This document shows, one piece after another, positions 62,589 through 64,000 of a stretch of 64,000 bases of DNA. A model generated the notes under the pieces. It searched no databases, had not been told where the DNA came from, and saw nothing but the letters and a program-made list of their open reading frames with translations. Within the stretch, counting starts at the first letter, position 1. Every line of letters starts with the position of its first letter. The stretch covers positions 53,382,001 through 53,446,000 of the forward strand of contig NC_135806.1 of NCBI RefSeq assembly GCF_964213995.1, given 5' to 3'. The position numbers and the translations under genes are program-made. Source of the stretch: Mustelus asterias (Eukaryota).

Positions 62589-62859
62589 CAGTCCCAGGTG
62601 AGCTTTGTTTGTGACTCTGGGCATAACGAGTTTTGATGCACGCGTTATCTGGTTTCACGATTACAAGGGGTCTCTCTGTCCGATAAAAGGTGCAAAATTC
62701 CACCGGCTGAGAAAATAATTACTTTCTTATTAACCCCTGGTGGAGGCTCCTAGCCTTTTGGTCCTGTAACTTGCAGCAGCCATTTTTTGATTCAGTGGCA
62801 AGTCTATTCTTTTGCCATTTTTAAAAAAGCTCTGGACATCCTTTGGAACCCAACAATAC

Positions 62860-63860
62860 CAATATGCTCATTTTGCCCCCCCATTTTCTCCCTTATCCTC
62901 ACCAACATAGATTCCCCAATCTGGAACTTCTTTCGTCAACTGTCATCTCCCTAATCTCTGCCCTCGTTTCCTGCAGCTCCATATTTTATTAAAATCAGTC
63001 TCTCTCCCCTACCACAGCAGTAAAACAGCCCTGATTAAAGTCACAATTAACATCCTCCATGACTATGAACACTGTTCACTCTATTCTCCCTCAGGATCTC
63101 ACTGCAGCCTTTATGCATGATTGGCTACATCCTCCTCCTCTTAATTGTCCATTTCAATGAGAATACCCTTCCTTGATTCTATTCTTACTCATCTGATCAT
63201 AACCAGAACATCTCCAGTAATATTTGGGAAGTCATACAGAGTTCTCTTCACCACCCCATGCTTTATAAGCTACGAACTACCCCTTGGTGACATCACCCAA
63301 AGACAAGGCATCAAGCAACTCAATTATTCACTAATTTTAACTCCTCAACTACACCTGTGTGTCAGACTGTCATCAAATCTATAATCACAACCTCCAAACT
63401 AATCTGCATTCTTCCTCCTTCCAAATTCAAGCAGATTGCTCACATCAACATCCGATGTGAATCCATGCTAAGCTTACAATCCCATACTACTCATTTCTAT
63501 CTCCATAACATCTCCCACTTCCAACCCTGCTTCAACCCATTTGTTGCTGAAACACCGATCATTCCGTCATAACCTCCAGACGACCTCTCATCCTTCACCT
63601 GCCCATCTCCCAGTCCTGTTTACCCATCATCTGTGGTCACCGACTATATTGGCTCCCAGTCTAATAATGCCTCAAAATATATAAGTTCTTTCATGGCTTT
63701 ATTCCTTCTCATTTCAGTCCCTCCAGCCTTTCAAACTTCTAAGAACTCTGCAATCTTCCATCTCTGGTGTTATGTACATCCCCCCGCCCTCCCAGACAGT
63801 TTTAATTGAGCCTACAACTGTCAAGGTCCTACACTGTGGAATTGCCTCCTTAAAAACGCA
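62860..63860 (+). mobile_element. Degraded L2-like LINE fragment
   Basis: HSSKTALIKVTINIL (cf. HSTETAL.KV.ND), DLTAAF-like remnant, and an L2-like C-terminal region. Confidence 0.6.
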
Positions 63861-64000
63861 CCATCCATGGCTGCGGCCGTTGTAGATGTTTTACATTAAG
63901 ACTGATAAACAGTATAATACAGACATCTTCACAACGATTACCACATCCACAGGGTTGAATACTCACTAAATGGCTTTTGTCTTCTTTCTCCCCACAGAAT

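Noticed and set aside
61635-62700. Minus-strand ORF pieces that might join after removing the Penelope insertions
   Set aside because: The stitched frame still has stops and no recognisable domain.

Overview
This is eukaryotic, transposon-dense DNA, most likely from a shark or other cartilaginous fish (inferred from HE1-type V-SINEs, a SacSINE1-type DeuSINE and shark-type CR1s). No host protein-coding gene can be supported. The window holds two largely complete CR1 LINEs plus fragments, Rex1/Babar, RTE and L2 LINE remnants, many SINEs, a tRNA-Val pseudogene and a complex inverted duplication at 0.46-6.9 kb. It also holds about 12 short Penelope-type repeats carrying minimal hammerhead ribozymes, and a young Gypsy/Metaviridae LTR group seen as a near-intact full-length copy (56955-61628), an internally deleted copy, a one-ended insertion and a solo LTR. 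Strongest leads: (1) the Gypsy group has no tRNA primer-binding site; that position is instead complementary to its own LTR poly(A)-signal segment, with four compensatory changes between two subfamilies; (2) its RT active site is YLDN rather than YXDD; (3) gag and pol are in frame across one UGA-CUG; (4) CR1 ORF1/ORF2 junctions carry a T_TTA_AAC slippery heptamer with ORF2 in the -1 frame. All calls come from reading the sequence; no database searches were run, and boundaries of degraded repeats are approximate.
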